From: Thermoanaerobaculia bacterium | Lineage (GTDB): Bacteria; Acidobacteriota; Thermoanaerobaculia; UBA5066 | Assembly: GCA_038245905.1 (NCBI GenBank) | Contig: JBBRRY010000007.1 | Coordinates: forward strand, 63,398 to 127,397 | DNA: 64,000 nt | Direction: 5' to 3' | In this document: piece by piece, positions 39,490 to 49,305 of the stretch | Layout: the number at the start of each line of letters is the position of its first letter | Numbering within the stretch: the stretch's first letter is position 1 | Notes under the pieces: generated by a model | Database searches by the model: none | What the model was told of the DNA's origin: nothing | The model's input: the letters and a program-made list of their open reading frames with translations, nothing else | Made by a program: the position numbers and the translations under genes

Positions 39490-40526
39490 CGCGCCGTCTC
39501 GTTTCCGCTGCTGCCTGCTGCGCCCTCGCGATGGGGGGCGCGTGCCGCAAGACCGGCCCGGCCGCCCCGGCGCACGCCGCGTTGCCGGACGACCGAGGCG
39601 TCGTCACGCTCGAGCGAGTCGCGGCGCACGCCGATGCGACCCCGAAAGCGCCGCCGCTCCTCATGCTGCCGCGCGGGACGGAGCTCAAGGTGCTCGAGTC
39701 TCGGGGCGATGTGGTCCGCGTCGTGGCGGACCGGCGGGATCTCTGGATTCCGGCCGGAAGTTTCGAGCGGAGGGCGGATCGCGAGGCGCGCGAGAAGCGC
39801 GGCGTCGCGATCGCTGGGTTCGTGGCGCATCCGGCGCGGGCGGTCGAGTCCTGTCCGATCTTCCTGGCTCCCGACTACGGCGCCGCCCGATGGGGCACGC
39901 TCGAGGATGGCGACGACGTGGATGTCGTGCTCTCGGATCACGATTTCTTCGGCGTCCGCCTCGCAGGGAAGATGCTCGCCTTCGTCCCCACGCGCTCCGT
40001 GCGCCTTCTCCCGTCTTCGGTTTCGGTGGTTCCGGCCCAGGCCGCCGGGCGTGGGGTCGTGCCCGAAATCCAGTCGCTCGGGGTCCCGGACCGGGATCTG
40101 CGCCCGACGCCGGGGGGACGCATCCCGGTTTCGACTGCCGTCGCGGGCGCCGTGCCTGCTCCCGTCACGACCCCGGCTGCGGTCGCGCCGGCGCCAATCC
40201 TCCCGCAGGACCCGCTGGTGTCGCTCCCCGATGGATCCGAGCTGCCGGTGCTCGTCTCGCGCGTGGACGCCCGTTACCCGGACGCGGCCCGACGGATGAA
40301 CCTGACCGGCGAAGTCATGCTCAGGATCGTCGTGGAGGGGAGCGGCTACGTGGGCCGCATCGACGTGCTCACGGCCGGACCCGCGGGCATGACGGAGGCC
40401 GCGGTGGACGCGGTCCGGCGCTGGAAGTACCGCCCCGCGCGAGTCCACGGGCAACCCGTAGCGGTCTGGAAGGTCGTGAGGATCCGTTTCGCCCGCACGG
40501 TCGAGCGCGAGCCCCCTCCGGACTGA
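39486..40526 (+). CDS. Putative lipoprotein with SH3-like domains, Pro/Ala linker and TonB C-terminal domain
   Basis: Signal ending GGAC; LPRGTELKVLE...VRV...WIP; TonB_C YPDAARR...GEVMLRIVV...AAVDAVRRWKYRPA; probable CTG start overlapping argF stop. Confidence 0.78.
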   Translation: MTRRLVSAAACCALAMGGACRKTGPAAPAHAALPDDRGVVTLERVAAHADATPKAPPLLMLPRGTELKVLESRGDVVRVVADRRDLWIPAGSFERRADREAREKRGVAIAGFVAHPARAVESCPIFLAPDYGAARWGTLEDGDDVDVVLSDHDFFGVRLAGKMLAFVPTRSVRLLPSSVSVVPAQAAGRGVVPEIQSLGVPDRDLRPTPGGRIPVSTAVAGAVPAPVTTPAAVAPAPILPQDPLVSLPDGSELPVLVSRVDARYPDAARRMNLTGEVMLRIVVEGSGYVGRIDVLTAGPAGMTEAAVDAVRRWKYRPARVHGQPVAVWKVVRIRFARTVEREPPPD

Positions 40527-40579
40527 ACCGGCCCAGGGGAAGGCCGATCCGCCTTGACCCTATAAACTCCTTCTCGCCA

Positions 40580-42223
40580 ATGTTCGAGATCGTTTACGAG
40601 GTCGAGGGGCAGACCCGGCGTTTCCTCTTGTCCGGCGGAGACGTGTCGATCGGGCGCTCGAGCGAGAACGGGATCGTCCTGAATGACTTTTCCGTCTCGC
40701 GGAGGCACGCGGTCCTGTCCGAGCGCGGCGGTGTCTGGACGATCGAGGATCTCAAGTCGACGAACGGCCTGAAGGTCAACGGCGAGTTCGCGCCGAAGTC
40801 GCCGCTTCAGGCGAACGACGTCCTCTCGGTTGGGGCCTTCACCCTCCACGTGCGCGAGCAACCGACGACCAAAAGCATCGGCGTGAAGGCGATCAGCGAC
40901 TCGAGCTCCACGTTCGTCCGCTCGATCGCGGATTTCAACCGGGACTACAACCTCGAGGCCACGAGCACGGGCCCGGGCATGGGAGTCTCCGACCTCGCAG
41001 GAACGCTGTCCGGCAGGCGTCCCGCGCCCGAGAAAGCGCGCGAGAAGATTTTCGAGATCCTCGTCCAGGTAGCCCGCACTCTCATCGAGGCGCCGGACGT
41101 GGACCAGATCCTCTCGAAGGTCGTAGACCTCCTTTTCGACTTCCTACCCGCGGAGCGCGCCGTCGTCGTGCTGCGAGAGGACTCGGGACGGCTCGTCGCG
41201 ACGCTCGCGCGCCAGAGAGGACGCGTCGGCACGGAGGCCGCCGAGACGTTCTCGCACACGATTGTCGAGACCGTCGTGCGCGAGCGCGTGGCGGTCCTGA
41301 CCTCGGACGCTCTCACCGACGACCGTTTCGAAGCGGGCCAGTCGATCCGCATTCAGCAGATCCGGTCGGCGATGTGCGTTCCCCTCTGGAACCGTGAACA
41401 CGTCATCGGCGCGCTCCACGTCGACACGCCCCTGAAGACGGGCACGTTCACGGCCGACGACCTCGATCTCCTGACTGCGCTCGGAAACTTCGCGGCCGTC
41501 GCGATCGAGCGCGCGCGCCTGCAGGGACGCATCGCGAAGGAAGAACGGATTCGGGAGCGACTCGCCCGCTATCACTCGCCCGGCGTCGTCGAGGAGATCG
41601 TCTCCGAGGGCCCGGCCGGCGTCGAGAAGGTCCGGACCCGGGATGTGACGGTGTTCTTCGCCGACATTATCGGGTTCACGACGGCCGCGGAGGCGATGGC
41701 GCCCGAAGACCTTTCGATCTTCCTCGAAACCGTCTTCACGTTCGCCGCGGATGCGATCTTCGAGCAAGGGGGCACGCTCGACAAGTTCATCGGGGACGCC
41801 GTCATGGCGTTTTTCGGGGCGCCGATTCCGCAGCCCGATCACCCCCGCCGCGCGGTGGCGGCGGCGGCAAAGCTCATCGAGAGCCTGAAGGCATGGAACG
41901 TGGGACGCGTGGGGCGCGGCGAGCCGGAGGTGGCCGTACGGGTGGGCGTCAACTCGGGGAACGCCGTGGTCGGCGACATCGGGTCCGACCGCCGCGTGGA
42001 CTACACCGTCCTCGGAAATACGGTGAACGTCGCGGCGCGGCTCGAAAGCTCTGTCGCCGGGCCGAACGAGATCGTGGTGGGCGAGGAGACCGCGCGCCTC
42101 GCGGGCGATGCGTTCGTCTTCGAACCGCTCGGAGAACAGCGGCTGAAGGGCCTCACGAAGGGTCTGAGGGCCTTCCGGGTCGTCCTCGGCGAGACCGGCG
42201 CGCCGATTCGTCCCCCAAAGTGA
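40580..42223 (+). CDS. FHA-GAF-class III adenylate cyclase
   Basis: FHA IGRS...VSRRHA...DLKSTNG; GAF IRSAMCVPL; cyclase FADIIGFT, DKFIGDAVMA, YTVLGNTVNVAARLE. Confidence 0.92.
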   Translation: MFEIVYEVEGQTRRFLLSGGDVSIGRSSENGIVLNDFSVSRRHAVLSERGGVWTIEDLKSTNGLKVNGEFAPKSPLQANDVLSVGAFTLHVREQPTTKSIGVKAISDSSSTFVRSIADFNRDYNLEATSTGPGMGVSDLAGTLSGRRPAPEKAREKIFEILVQVARTLIEAPDVDQILSKVVDLLFDFLPAERAVVVLREDSGRLVATLARQRGRVGTEAAETFSHTIVETVVRERVAVLTSDALTDDRFEAGQSIRIQQIRSAMCVPLWNREHVIGALHVDTPLKTGTFTADDLDLLTALGNFAAVAIERARLQGRIAKEERIRERLARYHSPGVVEEIVSEGPAGVEKVRTRDVTVFFADIIGFTTAAEAMAPEDLSIFLETVFTFAADAIFEQGGTLDKFIGDAVMAFFGAPIPQPDHPRRAVAAAAKLIESLKAWNVGRVGRGEPEVAVRVGVNSGNAVVGDIGSDRRVDYTVLGNTVNVAARLESSVAGPNEIVVGEETARLAGDAFVFEPLGEQRLKGLTKGLRAFRVVLGETGAPIRPPK

Positions 42224-42819
42224 CGGGAGCCGCGGAAGCCACGAACGCCAGGGACGCGCTCTTCGGGCTGACGTTCGTGACGTCGAACGTGGGCAAGGCG
42301 CGCGAGGCCGGGGCGCTTCTGGGTTGCGCGGTGACGGCGCGAGCGCTCGACATCCCCGAGATCCAGTCGCTCGACTTCGCCGAGGTAGCCCGGGCGAAGG
42401 CCGTCGTCGCGGCGCGTGCGCTTGGCGTCGCCGTCCTCGTCGAGGACTCGGGTCTCGTCGTCGCGGGCTGGGGAGGCTTTCCCGGCCCGTTCACGAAGTG
42501 GATCACGATGGGCGCCCTCGGCCAGGAGGGCCTCGCGAAGATGCTCGACGGGTTTTCCGACCGCAGCGCCGAAGCCATCTCGGCCCTCGCGGTCGCGCGA
42601 CCGGGGCAGGCGGATCGAGACGTCGTCGTCGCGATCGGACGCGTCGGGGGAACGATCGCCCTTCACCCGCGCGGAGAGAACGGCTTCGGCTGGGACGTGC
42701 TCTTCATTCCTGAAGGCGCGACCAGGACGTGGGCCGAGATGAGCGACGACGAGAAGATGCGCGACTCGCACCGGGCGCGGGCTTTAGCGTCGCTCAGAAG
42801 CCTCCTGCGCGTCCCTTGA
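42220..42819 (+). CDS. rdgB: Non-canonical purine NTP pyrophosphatase (RdgB/HAM1)
   Basis: TSNVGKARE, EDSGL, FPGP, GFGWD, SHRARA. Confidence 0.9.
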   Translation: MTGAAEATNARDALFGLTFVTSNVGKAREAGALLGCAVTARALDIPEIQSLDFAEVARAKAVVAARALGVAVLVEDSGLVVAGWGGFPGPFTKWITMGALGQEGLAKMLDGFSDRSAEAISALAVARPGQADRDVVVAIGRVGGTIALHPRGENGFGWDVLFIPEGATRTWAEMSDDEKMRDSHRARALASLRSLLRVP

Positions 42820-43408
42820 GCTCCTTCGCGAGCTCGTCGACCTTCTTCAGGAGATCCTCTTTCGTTCCTTCCGTTCGGATCACGATGTCCGCGACTTCTT
42901 CGCGCGCGGCGTCGGAGAACTGAGCCGACATTCGTTTCACGAACTCGTTCGGATCCGTCTCGCCGCTTCTTCGGATCGCGCGCTTGAGGCGCATGTCCGC
43001 GGGCGCGGACACGGTCACGAGGACGTCGAAGCGCCGGCGGCCGCCGGTCTCGACGAGGAGGGTCGCTTCGATGACGCCGAGCGCTTCGCCTTTCGCCTCG
43101 AGGCCCTGGAACCAACGGGCCTGCTCGCCCTGGACGAGCGGATGGATGAGGGCGTTGAGGCGCGAGAGCGAAGGAGGATCGTGAAAAACGTGCGCGGAGA
43201 GCTTCGGCCGGTCGACCGAACCGTCCGCCGCGAGGAACTCGGGCCCGAAAGCCCCGGCGACCGCGCGGGCGCCCGCGCTCCCTTCCCGATACAGATCGCG
43301 CACGATGAGGTCCGCGTCGAGGACCGGGATCCCGCTCTCACGCAGGCGCTCGGCCACCGTGCTCTTGCCCGAGGCCAGACCGCCCGTGAGTCCGACCTTG
43401 AGGATCAT
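42794..43408 (-). CDS. coaE: Dephospho-CoA kinase
   Basis: VGLTGGLASGKSTV, DAD, DRPKL, LNALIHP, LLVE. Confidence 0.94.
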   Translation of the reverse strand: MILKVGLTGGLASGKSTVAERLRESGIPVLDADLIVRDLYREGSAGARAVAGAFGPEFLAADGSVDRPKLSAHVFHDPPSLSRLNALIHPLVQGEQARWFQGLEAKGEALGVIEATLLVETGGRRRFDVLVTVSAPADMRLKRAIRRSGETDPNEFVKRMSAQFSDAAREEVADIVIRTEGTKEDLLKKVDELAKELKGRAGGF

Positions 43409-44322
43409 CCCCGCCGGGCCCTGCAGAGCTCGAGTGTGTTCATCAAGAGCATCGCAATCGTCAGCGGGCCCACGCCGCCCGGGACGGGCGTATACCGCGA
43501 CGCGCGCGGAAACGCCGTTGCCGGGTCGCAGTCGCCGACGAGCGTCGAACCCTTCTTTTCGAACGACGCGAGGCGCGTCGCGTCGCCCGGGAAGAATCTC
43601 TCGACGTCGGCGCGGGACGTCACGCGGTTGATGCCGACGTCCACGAGGACGGCCCCCTCCTTCACGAAGTCCCCGGTGACGAAGCCCGGCCGTCCGATGG
43701 CGGCGACGAGGAGGTCGGCTTCGCGGCATAGGCCGGGAAGGTCCCGGGTCTTCGAATGCGCGATCGTCACGGTGGCGTCCCTCCGGAGGAGAAGGAGCGC
43801 CATGGGCTTCCCGACGATGTCGCTGCGGCCGACGACGACGGCCCGTGTCCCGCGGAGAGGCACGCCCTCGCGTTCCAGGAGCTCGAGAATCCCGGCGGGT
43901 GTGCAGGGCATCGGCGCGGGCTTCCCCTGCAGGAGCCGGCCTGCGTTCACGGGGTGGAACCCGTCGGCGTCCTTTGCTGGGTCGATGGCCTCCAGGACTC
44001 GCGCCGCGTCGATGTGAGCGGGGAGCGGAAGCTGGACGAGGATCGCGTCGACCGCCTCATCGCGATTCAGCTCGTCGACCGTGGCCAGGAGCGCCGACTC
44101 GGAAAGGTCGGCAGGGAAGCGCAGCGTTCTTTCCGTGATTCCGGCTTCGCGGGCGGCGGCTCCCTTGGCGGCGACGTATACGGCGCTCGCCGGGTTTTCC
44201 CCTACGAGGACGACCGCGAGGCCGGGTATGAGGCAGCGGGAGGCGAGAGACCTCACGCCGGAGGCCACCTCCAATCGGATCGCCTTCGAGACAGCCGTGC
44301 CATCCAGGATGCGCGGGGGCAT
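43405..44322 (-). CDS. folD: Methylenetetrahydrofolate dehydrogenase/cyclohydrolase
   Basis: YVAAK, LVQLPLP, KDADGFHP, PCTPAG, GRSDIVGKP, DVGINR, TPVPGGVGPLT. Confidence 0.97.
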   Translation of the reverse strand: MPPRILDGTAVSKAIRLEVASGVRSLASRCLIPGLAVVLVGENPASAVYVAAKGAAAREAGITERTLRFPADLSESALLATVDELNRDEAVDAILVQLPLPAHIDAARVLEAIDPAKDADGFHPVNAGRLLQGKPAPMPCTPAGILELLEREGVPLRGTRAVVVGRSDIVGKPMALLLLRRDATVTIAHSKTRDLPGLCREADLLVAAIGRPGFVTGDFVKEGAVLVDVGINRVTSRADVERFFPGDATRLASFEKKGSTLVGDCDPATAFPRASRYTPVPGGVGPLTIAMLLMNTLELCRARRG

Positions 44323-44398
44323 GCCCGTATTGTGACCGAGCCCTCTTAACGTTCTAGGAAATCGTGCTCTTCGGGCGGAGGAACCACAGGACCTTCGC

Positions 44399-44427
44399 TT
44401 GACAGGGAGAGGGAGGGGAGGTATTTT
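44399..44427 (+). promoter_or_regulatory. Sigma70 promoter for the rplM operon
   Basis: TTGACA (44399-44404), 17-nt spacer, TATTTT (44422-44427). Confidence 0.65.
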
Positions 44428-44591
44428 TCACAGCCCTGCGGGTGGATGGTTCGCCGAAGCCCGCTTTTCGTGTGCCGTCGGGGCCTTGGTCTTTCGATGC
44501 TCCCTGAAATCGCATCGTGGGACCGACCCCGGATTCTTCCAGCCGGGGTTACCGCACCCCTCAACCGCCCCGATCGGAGACCGCTGTTCCC

Positions 44592-45026
44592 GTGAGCACC
44601 CGCACGCCGCTTCCCAAGATCTCCGACAACTCCCGGCGCTGGATCATCGTCAACGCCGACGGAAAGGTCCTCGGCCGACTCGCGACGCTCGTCGCGCGGC
44701 ACCTGACGGGCAAGACGAAGGCCATCTACACGCCGTTCCTCGACACCGGCGACTTCGTCGTCGTGGTGAACGCCGAGAAGATCGCCTTCACAGGCGCCAA
44801 GCTCGGACAGAAGCTCTACCGCCGCCACACCGGTTTTCCCGGAGGTTTGAAGACCATCGAAGCCGGGAAGCTCAGAGACACGCATCCGGAGAGGGTCATC
44901 GAGGCGGCCGTGCGCGGCATGCTGCCGAAGACGAAACTGGGCCGGAAGATGTTCAAGAAGCTGAAGGTTTACGCCGGTCCCGATCACCCGCATTCCGCCC
45001 AGTCGCCGGCCGCGGTCGCGGTCTGA
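44592..45026 (+). CDS. rplM: 50S ribosomal protein L13
   Basis: [47 protein letters not shown]. Confidence 0.97.
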   Translation: MSTRTPLPKISDNSRRWIIVNADGKVLGRLATLVARHLTGKTKAIYTPFLDTGDFVVVVNAEKIAFTGAKLGQKLYRRHTGFPGGLKTIEAGKLRDTHPERVIEAAVRGMLPKTKLGRKMFKKLKVYAGPDHPHSAQSPAAVAV

Positions 45027-45058
45027 ATTCGCGAAACTCAAGAGGAGCAACGCACCCC

Positions 45059-45451
45059 GTGACGAATCTCCAGTTCCAGGCCGTCGGACGCCGAAAAGAA
45101 TCGGTGGCCCGCGTGTACCTTCGCCCCGGCAAGGGGACCGTGCTGGTCAACGATCGTACCTTTGAAGATTTCTTCCCGAACGACGTGCTCAAGATGGTCA
45201 TCCGCCAACCCTTGCAGCTCACCGAGACGGTCGACAAGTTCGACGTCGTCGCCCTCGTCGAGGGCGGCGGGAGCGCGGGCCAGGCCGGTGCCATCCGCCA
45301 CGGAATCGCCCGCGCTCTCTGTCTGTTCAACCTCGAGCTGCGCGGCGCGCTCAAGAAAGCCGGTCTCCTCACGCGCGACTCGCGCATGAAGGAACGCAAG
45401 AAGTACGGACAGCGCGGCGCCCGCGCCCGGTTCCAGTTCTCGAAGAGGTAA
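45059..45451 (+). CDS. rpsI: 30S ribosomal protein S9
   Basis: [39 protein letters not shown]. Confidence 0.98.
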   Translation: MTNLQFQAVGRRKESVARVYLRPGKGTVLVNDRTFEDFFPNDVLKMVIRQPLQLTETVDKFDVVALVEGGGSAGQAGAIRHGIARALCLFNLELRGALKKAGLLTRDSRMKERKKYGQRGARARFQFSKR

Positions 45452-45461
45452 TGGGGGACAG

Positions 45462-46265
45462 ATGAGTCAGATCACGATGAAGGAGCTGCTCGAGGCGGGC
45501 GTTCACTTCGGCCACCAGACGAAGCGCTGGAATCCGAAGATGAAGAAGTACATCTTCGGCAAGCGCAACGGCATCTACATCATCGACCTCCAGAAGACCC
45601 TCAAGTGCTTCCGCGAGGCCGCGGCGTTCATCACGGACGCCGCCTCTCAGGGGAAGAACATCCTCTTCGTCGGGACGAAACGCCAGGCTCAAGACGCCAT
45701 CTACGAAGAGGCGAACCGCTGCGGCATGTTTTACGTGAACAACCGCTGGCTCGGCGGCACGCTCACGAACTTCGTGACGATCCGGAAGTCGATCTCGCGG
45801 CTCAAGGAGATCGAGGTGATGCTCACCGACGGCTCGGACGCGATCCTCACCAAGAAAGAGCGCATCCATCTGGACCGCGAAAAGGCGAAGCTCGCGAAGA
45901 ACCTGATCGGCATCAAGGAAATGGAAGAGCTTCCCGACGTCCTCTTCGTGATCGACCCCAAGAAGGAGGCGATCGCGGTCCAGGAGGCCAAGAAGCTCGG
46001 GATCCCGGTTGTCGCGATCGTCGACACGAACTGCGATCCCGACGACATCACGCACGTGATTCCGGGCAACGATGACGCGATCCGCGCCATCAAGCTCTTT
46101 ACCGGCAAGATGTCCGACGCCGTTCTCGAGGGCCTGCACGCCCAGGAGGAGCGGTTTGTCGGCAAGGTCGACCATTCGGACGACGAGCCGATGCCCACGA
46201 ACTTCCAGGTCACCGACGCAAGCGCCGCCAAGCCGGAGACGGCTGTCCTTCCGGTCCCGGTCTGA
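45462..46265 (+). CDS. rpsB: 30S ribosomal protein S2
   Basis: [44 protein letters not shown]. Confidence 0.98.
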   Translation: MSQITMKELLEAGVHFGHQTKRWNPKMKKYIFGKRNGIYIIDLQKTLKCFREAAAFITDAASQGKNILFVGTKRQAQDAIYEEANRCGMFYVNNRWLGGTLTNFVTIRKSISRLKEIEVMLTDGSDAILTKKERIHLDREKAKLAKNLIGIKEMEELPDVLFVIDPKKEAIAVQEAKKLGIPVVAIVDTNCDPDDITHVIPGNDDAIRAIKLFTGKMSDAVLEGLHAQEERFVGKVDHSDDEPMPTNFQVTDASAAKPETAVLPVPV

Positions 46266-46285
46266 TCGTTTCCCGAGAAATGACG

Positions 46286-46322
46286 GCCGGCGGGGGACAC
46301 AGGTCTCCCGCCGGCTTTTTTT
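46286..46322 (+). terminator. Intrinsic terminator/attenuator between rpsB and tsf
   Basis: Stem GCCGGCGGGGGAC / GTCTCCCGCCGGC with 4-nt loop, followed by T7. Confidence 0.8.
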
Positions 46323-46339
46323 GACGTAAGGGGTTCTTC

Positions 46340-47257
46340 ATGGCGATTTCCGCAGTGATGGTCAAAATGCTCCGCGACAAGACGGGCGCCGGAATGCTCG
46401 ACTGCAAGGGCGCGCTCGAGGAGACGAACGGCGACATCGACGAGGCCGAAAAGGTCCTTCGCAAGAAAGGACTCGCGGCTGCCGCGAAGAAGGCGGGCCG
46501 AGTTGCCGCGGAGGGCCTGATCGGCTACAAGGTCGAGGCGGGCAAGGCGGCGCTCGTCGAGCTGAACTGCGAGACCGATTTCGTCGGCCGCACGGAGCCG
46601 TTCAACAAGGCGCGGCACAGTCTCGCCGAGCTCGTCCTCCACACGGACGCTCTCGGAGACTCGCTGGAGGGCGACGTCGAGAAGGTGAAGGCGCTTCCAG
46701 CGCCGAAGCATTTTCCCTATGTGGCGGGCACGGTAGCGGAATCCCTGCAGGTGTTCACGGCCGAAACCGGAGAGAACACTCAACTCCGCCGTTACGCGCG
46801 CCTCGTCGCCGGCACCGGCTCGTCGTTCACGCTCTACGCGCACCCGGGCGACAAGACGGTCGTCGTCATCGAGACGAAGGGAATGCCCGAAGACCTCTCG
46901 AAGGACCTCGCGATGCATGTCGCGGCGCTGGCCCCCCAGTTCGCGAACCGGGACGGCGTCTCGGCCAAGGCGCTCGCCGACGAGCGCGAGATCGCGCGCG
47001 CGAAGGCCGTTGCGGCGGGGAAGCCGGAAGCCGTCGCCGAGAAGATGGTGGAAGGGATGATCGGAAAATGGTTCGGCGAGGTCGTCCTCCTCGATCAGGC
47101 GTTCGCCAAGGACGACAGCAAGAAGGTGTCCCAGGTCATCGCGGAGCGCGCGGGCGCGGACGCGTCGGTCGTCCGTTTCGTGCGCTTCAAGGTGGGTGAG
47201 GGCATCGAGAAGAAGAGTGGGGACTTCGCCGCCGAAGTCGCCGCGCTCATCAAGTAA
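46340..47257 (+). CDS. tsf: Elongation factor Ts
   Basis: [46 protein letters not shown]. Confidence 0.97.
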   Translation: MAISAVMVKMLRDKTGAGMLDCKGALEETNGDIDEAEKVLRKKGLAAAAKKAGRVAAEGLIGYKVEAGKAALVELNCETDFVGRTEPFNKARHSLAELVLHTDALGDSLEGDVEKVKALPAPKHFPYVAGTVAESLQVFTAETGENTQLRRYARLVAGTGSSFTLYAHPGDKTVVVIETKGMPEDLSKDLAMHVAALAPQFANRDGVSAKALADEREIARAKAVAAGKPEAVAEKMVEGMIGKWFGEVVLLDQAFAKDDSKKVSQVIAERAGADASVVRFVRFKVGEGIEKKSGDFAAEVAALIK

Positions 47258-47261
47258 GAAC

Positions 47262-47984
47262 GTGGAAGCCCGCTACCGCCGGGTCCTGCTGAAGCTCTCC
47301 GGGGAGGCGCTCCTCGGCAGCCAGCCCTTCGGCATCGAGCCGGCGGTCGTCGCGCGCATGGCCGACGAAATCGCGGAAGTCGTGCGTCTCGGAGTGGAGG
47401 TGGCCGTCGTCATCGGCGGCGGAAACATCATCCGGGGGGTCTCCGCGGCGACGCAGGGCATCGACCGGGTCACGGGCGACAACATGGGGATGCTCGCGAC
47501 GGTGATCAACGCGCTTGCCCTGCAGGATGCCCTCGAGAAGCGGGAGGTCCACACGCGCGTCATGACGGCCTTCGAAGTGCGCGCGGTCGCCGAGCCGTTC
47601 ATCCGGCGGCGGGCGATTCGTCACCTCGAGAAGAAACGCTGCGTCATCTTCGCGGGGGGGACTGGAAACCCGTACTTCACGACGGACTCGGCGGCCGCGC
47701 TTCGCGCGAACGAAGTCCGTGCCGAGGTCATCCTGAAGGCGACCCGCGTGGACGGCATCTATACCGCCGATCCGAAGAAGGACCCCACGGCCGTCTTCGT
47801 GCCGCGCGTGAGCTATCAGGACGTTCTCGAAAAGCGGCTCGCGGTCATGGACGCCGCCGCCATCGCCCTCTGCCGGGACAACAAGATGCCCATCCGAGTC
47901 TTCAACCTTCTCGTGCCGGGTAACATTCGTCGCGTCGTTCTGGGCGAGGCGGTCGGAAGCATCGTCGAAACCGCGAAGGCCTGA
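47262..47984 (+). CDS. pyrH: UMP kinase
   Basis: [40 protein letters not shown]. Confidence 0.97.
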   Translation: MEARYRRVLLKLSGEALLGSQPFGIEPAVVARMADEIAEVVRLGVEVAVVIGGGNIIRGVSAATQGIDRVTGDNMGMLATVINALALQDALEKREVHTRVMTAFEVRAVAEPFIRRRAIRHLEKKRCVIFAGGTGNPYFTTDSAAALRANEVRAEVILKATRVDGIYTADPKKDPTAVFVPRVSYQDVLEKRLAVMDAAAIALCRDNKMPIRVFNLLVPGNIRRVVLGEAVGSIVETAKA

Positions 47985-48017
47985 ACGGGCCGCCGAGAAA
48001 ACGAGGAGTCACGATCA

Positions 48018-48578
48018 ATGCCGCTGACCGAAATCAAGAAGGAAACCGAGCGCCGTATGCACGCGTCCCTGGACGCGCTCAAGACCGAGCTGAAGCACCT
48101 GCGAACGGGCCGCGCGTCCGTCGGGATCCTCGAGGGAATCCTCGTGGACTACTACGGTACGATGACGCCTCTCAACCAGGTCTGCAACCTCTCGACGCCG
48201 GACGCCACGCTCATTCTAGCCAGCCCCTGGGAGCCGTCGCTTTGCCCGATCATCGAGAAGGCGATCCGGACGAGCGATCTCGGCCTCAATCCCTCGTCGG
48301 ACGGAAAGGTCGTGCGCATTCCCGTCCCGCAGCCCACGGAAGAGCGCCGCAAGGAGATCGTCAAAAAGGCGCACGGCTTCGCCGAGCACGCGAAGGTCGA
48401 GATCCGCCATCACCGCCACGAGGGGAACGACGCCATCAAGAAGGAAGCGAAGGCCTCCGCGATCTCGGCGGACGACGAGAAGCGCGCCCTCGACGAGATC
48501 CAGAAGCTGACGGACAAGAGCGTCGCCGAAGTGGACAGCGTCCTGAAGACGAAGGAAGCGGAAGTTCTCGCGCGGTGA
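48018..48578 (+). CDS. frr: Ribosome recycling factor
   Basis: LRTGRAS, VDYYG, SDLGLNP, TEERRKE, IQKLTD. Confidence 0.97.
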   Translation: MPLTEIKKETERRMHASLDALKTELKHLRTGRASVGILEGILVDYYGTMTPLNQVCNLSTPDATLILASPWEPSLCPIIEKAIRTSDLGLNPSSDGKVVRIPVPQPTEERRKEIVKKAHGFAEHAKVEIRHHRHEGNDAIKKEAKASAISADDEKRALDEIQKLTDKSVAEVDSVLKTKEAEVLAR

Positions 48579-48603
48579 CGAAGGTCATCGTGAAGAAAAC
48601 GCC

Positions 48604-49305
48604 GTGAAGAAATCGCAGAGCGCTCCGGCGACCCTCGTCACGGCGCTGATACCGGCCGCCGGGTTCGGAGCCCGTTTTCACGAGGGCGGCCCGAAAGCGC
48701 TCGTCCTGCTCAGGGGAAAGCCGATGCTCCTGCACGCACTCGAGCGGCTGACGGCATCGGGGCGGCTCAAGTCGGCAGTGATCGCCGTTTCGCCGGGTCA
48801 CGAAGATGCATTTCGAAGGGCGCTGGCGGACGCTCCCGTGCCGTATACGCTCGTCGAGGGCGGAGTCACGCGGCGCGAGTCCGTGGCGCGGGCGTTCCTT
48901 GCGGTGAAGTTCGAGAGCGACGAGGAGCTCGTCCTCATCCATGACGCGGCGCGCCCGCTCGTCGATCCCGTCGAGGTCGCGGCGGTCGTGGATGCCGCCG
49001 CCAAAACCGGGGCGGCCGTCGCGGGTTATTCGGTCGTCGAAACGATCAAGCGGGTCCACGGCGGCGCCGTCGTCGAGACCGTCCCGCGCTCGGACCTCTT
49101 CGCGGCGACGACGCCCCAGGTTTTCCGCGCGGGCCTCCTCCGGCCCGCAGTGGCCAAAGAGGGCGGCCCGGAAACCACCGACGACGCCCAGCTCGTCGAG
49201 CGGACCGGCGTGTCGGTGACCGTCGTCCTGACGTCGCGCTGGAACATCAAAATCACCTATCCCGAAGACCTCGCGTGGGCGGAGGCCTTCCTCTCGCGTG
49301 GCTGA
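48604..49305 (+). CDS. ispD: 2-C-methyl-D-erythritol 4-phosphate cytidylyltransferase
   Basis: PAAGFGARF...PK, GG.TRRESV, LIHDAARP, TPQVF, TDDA, NIKITYPED. Confidence 0.95.
   Translation: MKKSQSAPATLVTALIPAAGFGARFHEGGPKALVLLRGKPMLLHALERLTASGRLKSAVIAVSPGHEDAFRRALADAPVPYTLVEGGVTRRESVARAFLAVKFESDEELVLIHDAARPLVDPVEVAAVVDAAAKTGAAVAGYSVVETIKRVHGGAVVETVPRSDLFAATTPQVFRAGLLRPAVAKEGGPETTDDAQLVERTGVSVTVVLTSRWNIKITYPEDLAWAEAFLSRG

Noticed and set aside
42794-42819. 26-nt convergent overlap of rdgB and coaE 3' ends
   Set aside because: Common in compact GC-rich genomes; nothing further to support a function
9545-44360. Dispersed motif interpreted as CRISPR repeats or REP elements
   Set aside because: Not regularly spaced, too short and degenerate, mostly intragenic, no cas genes or GC stem-loops; no CRISPR array seen in the window
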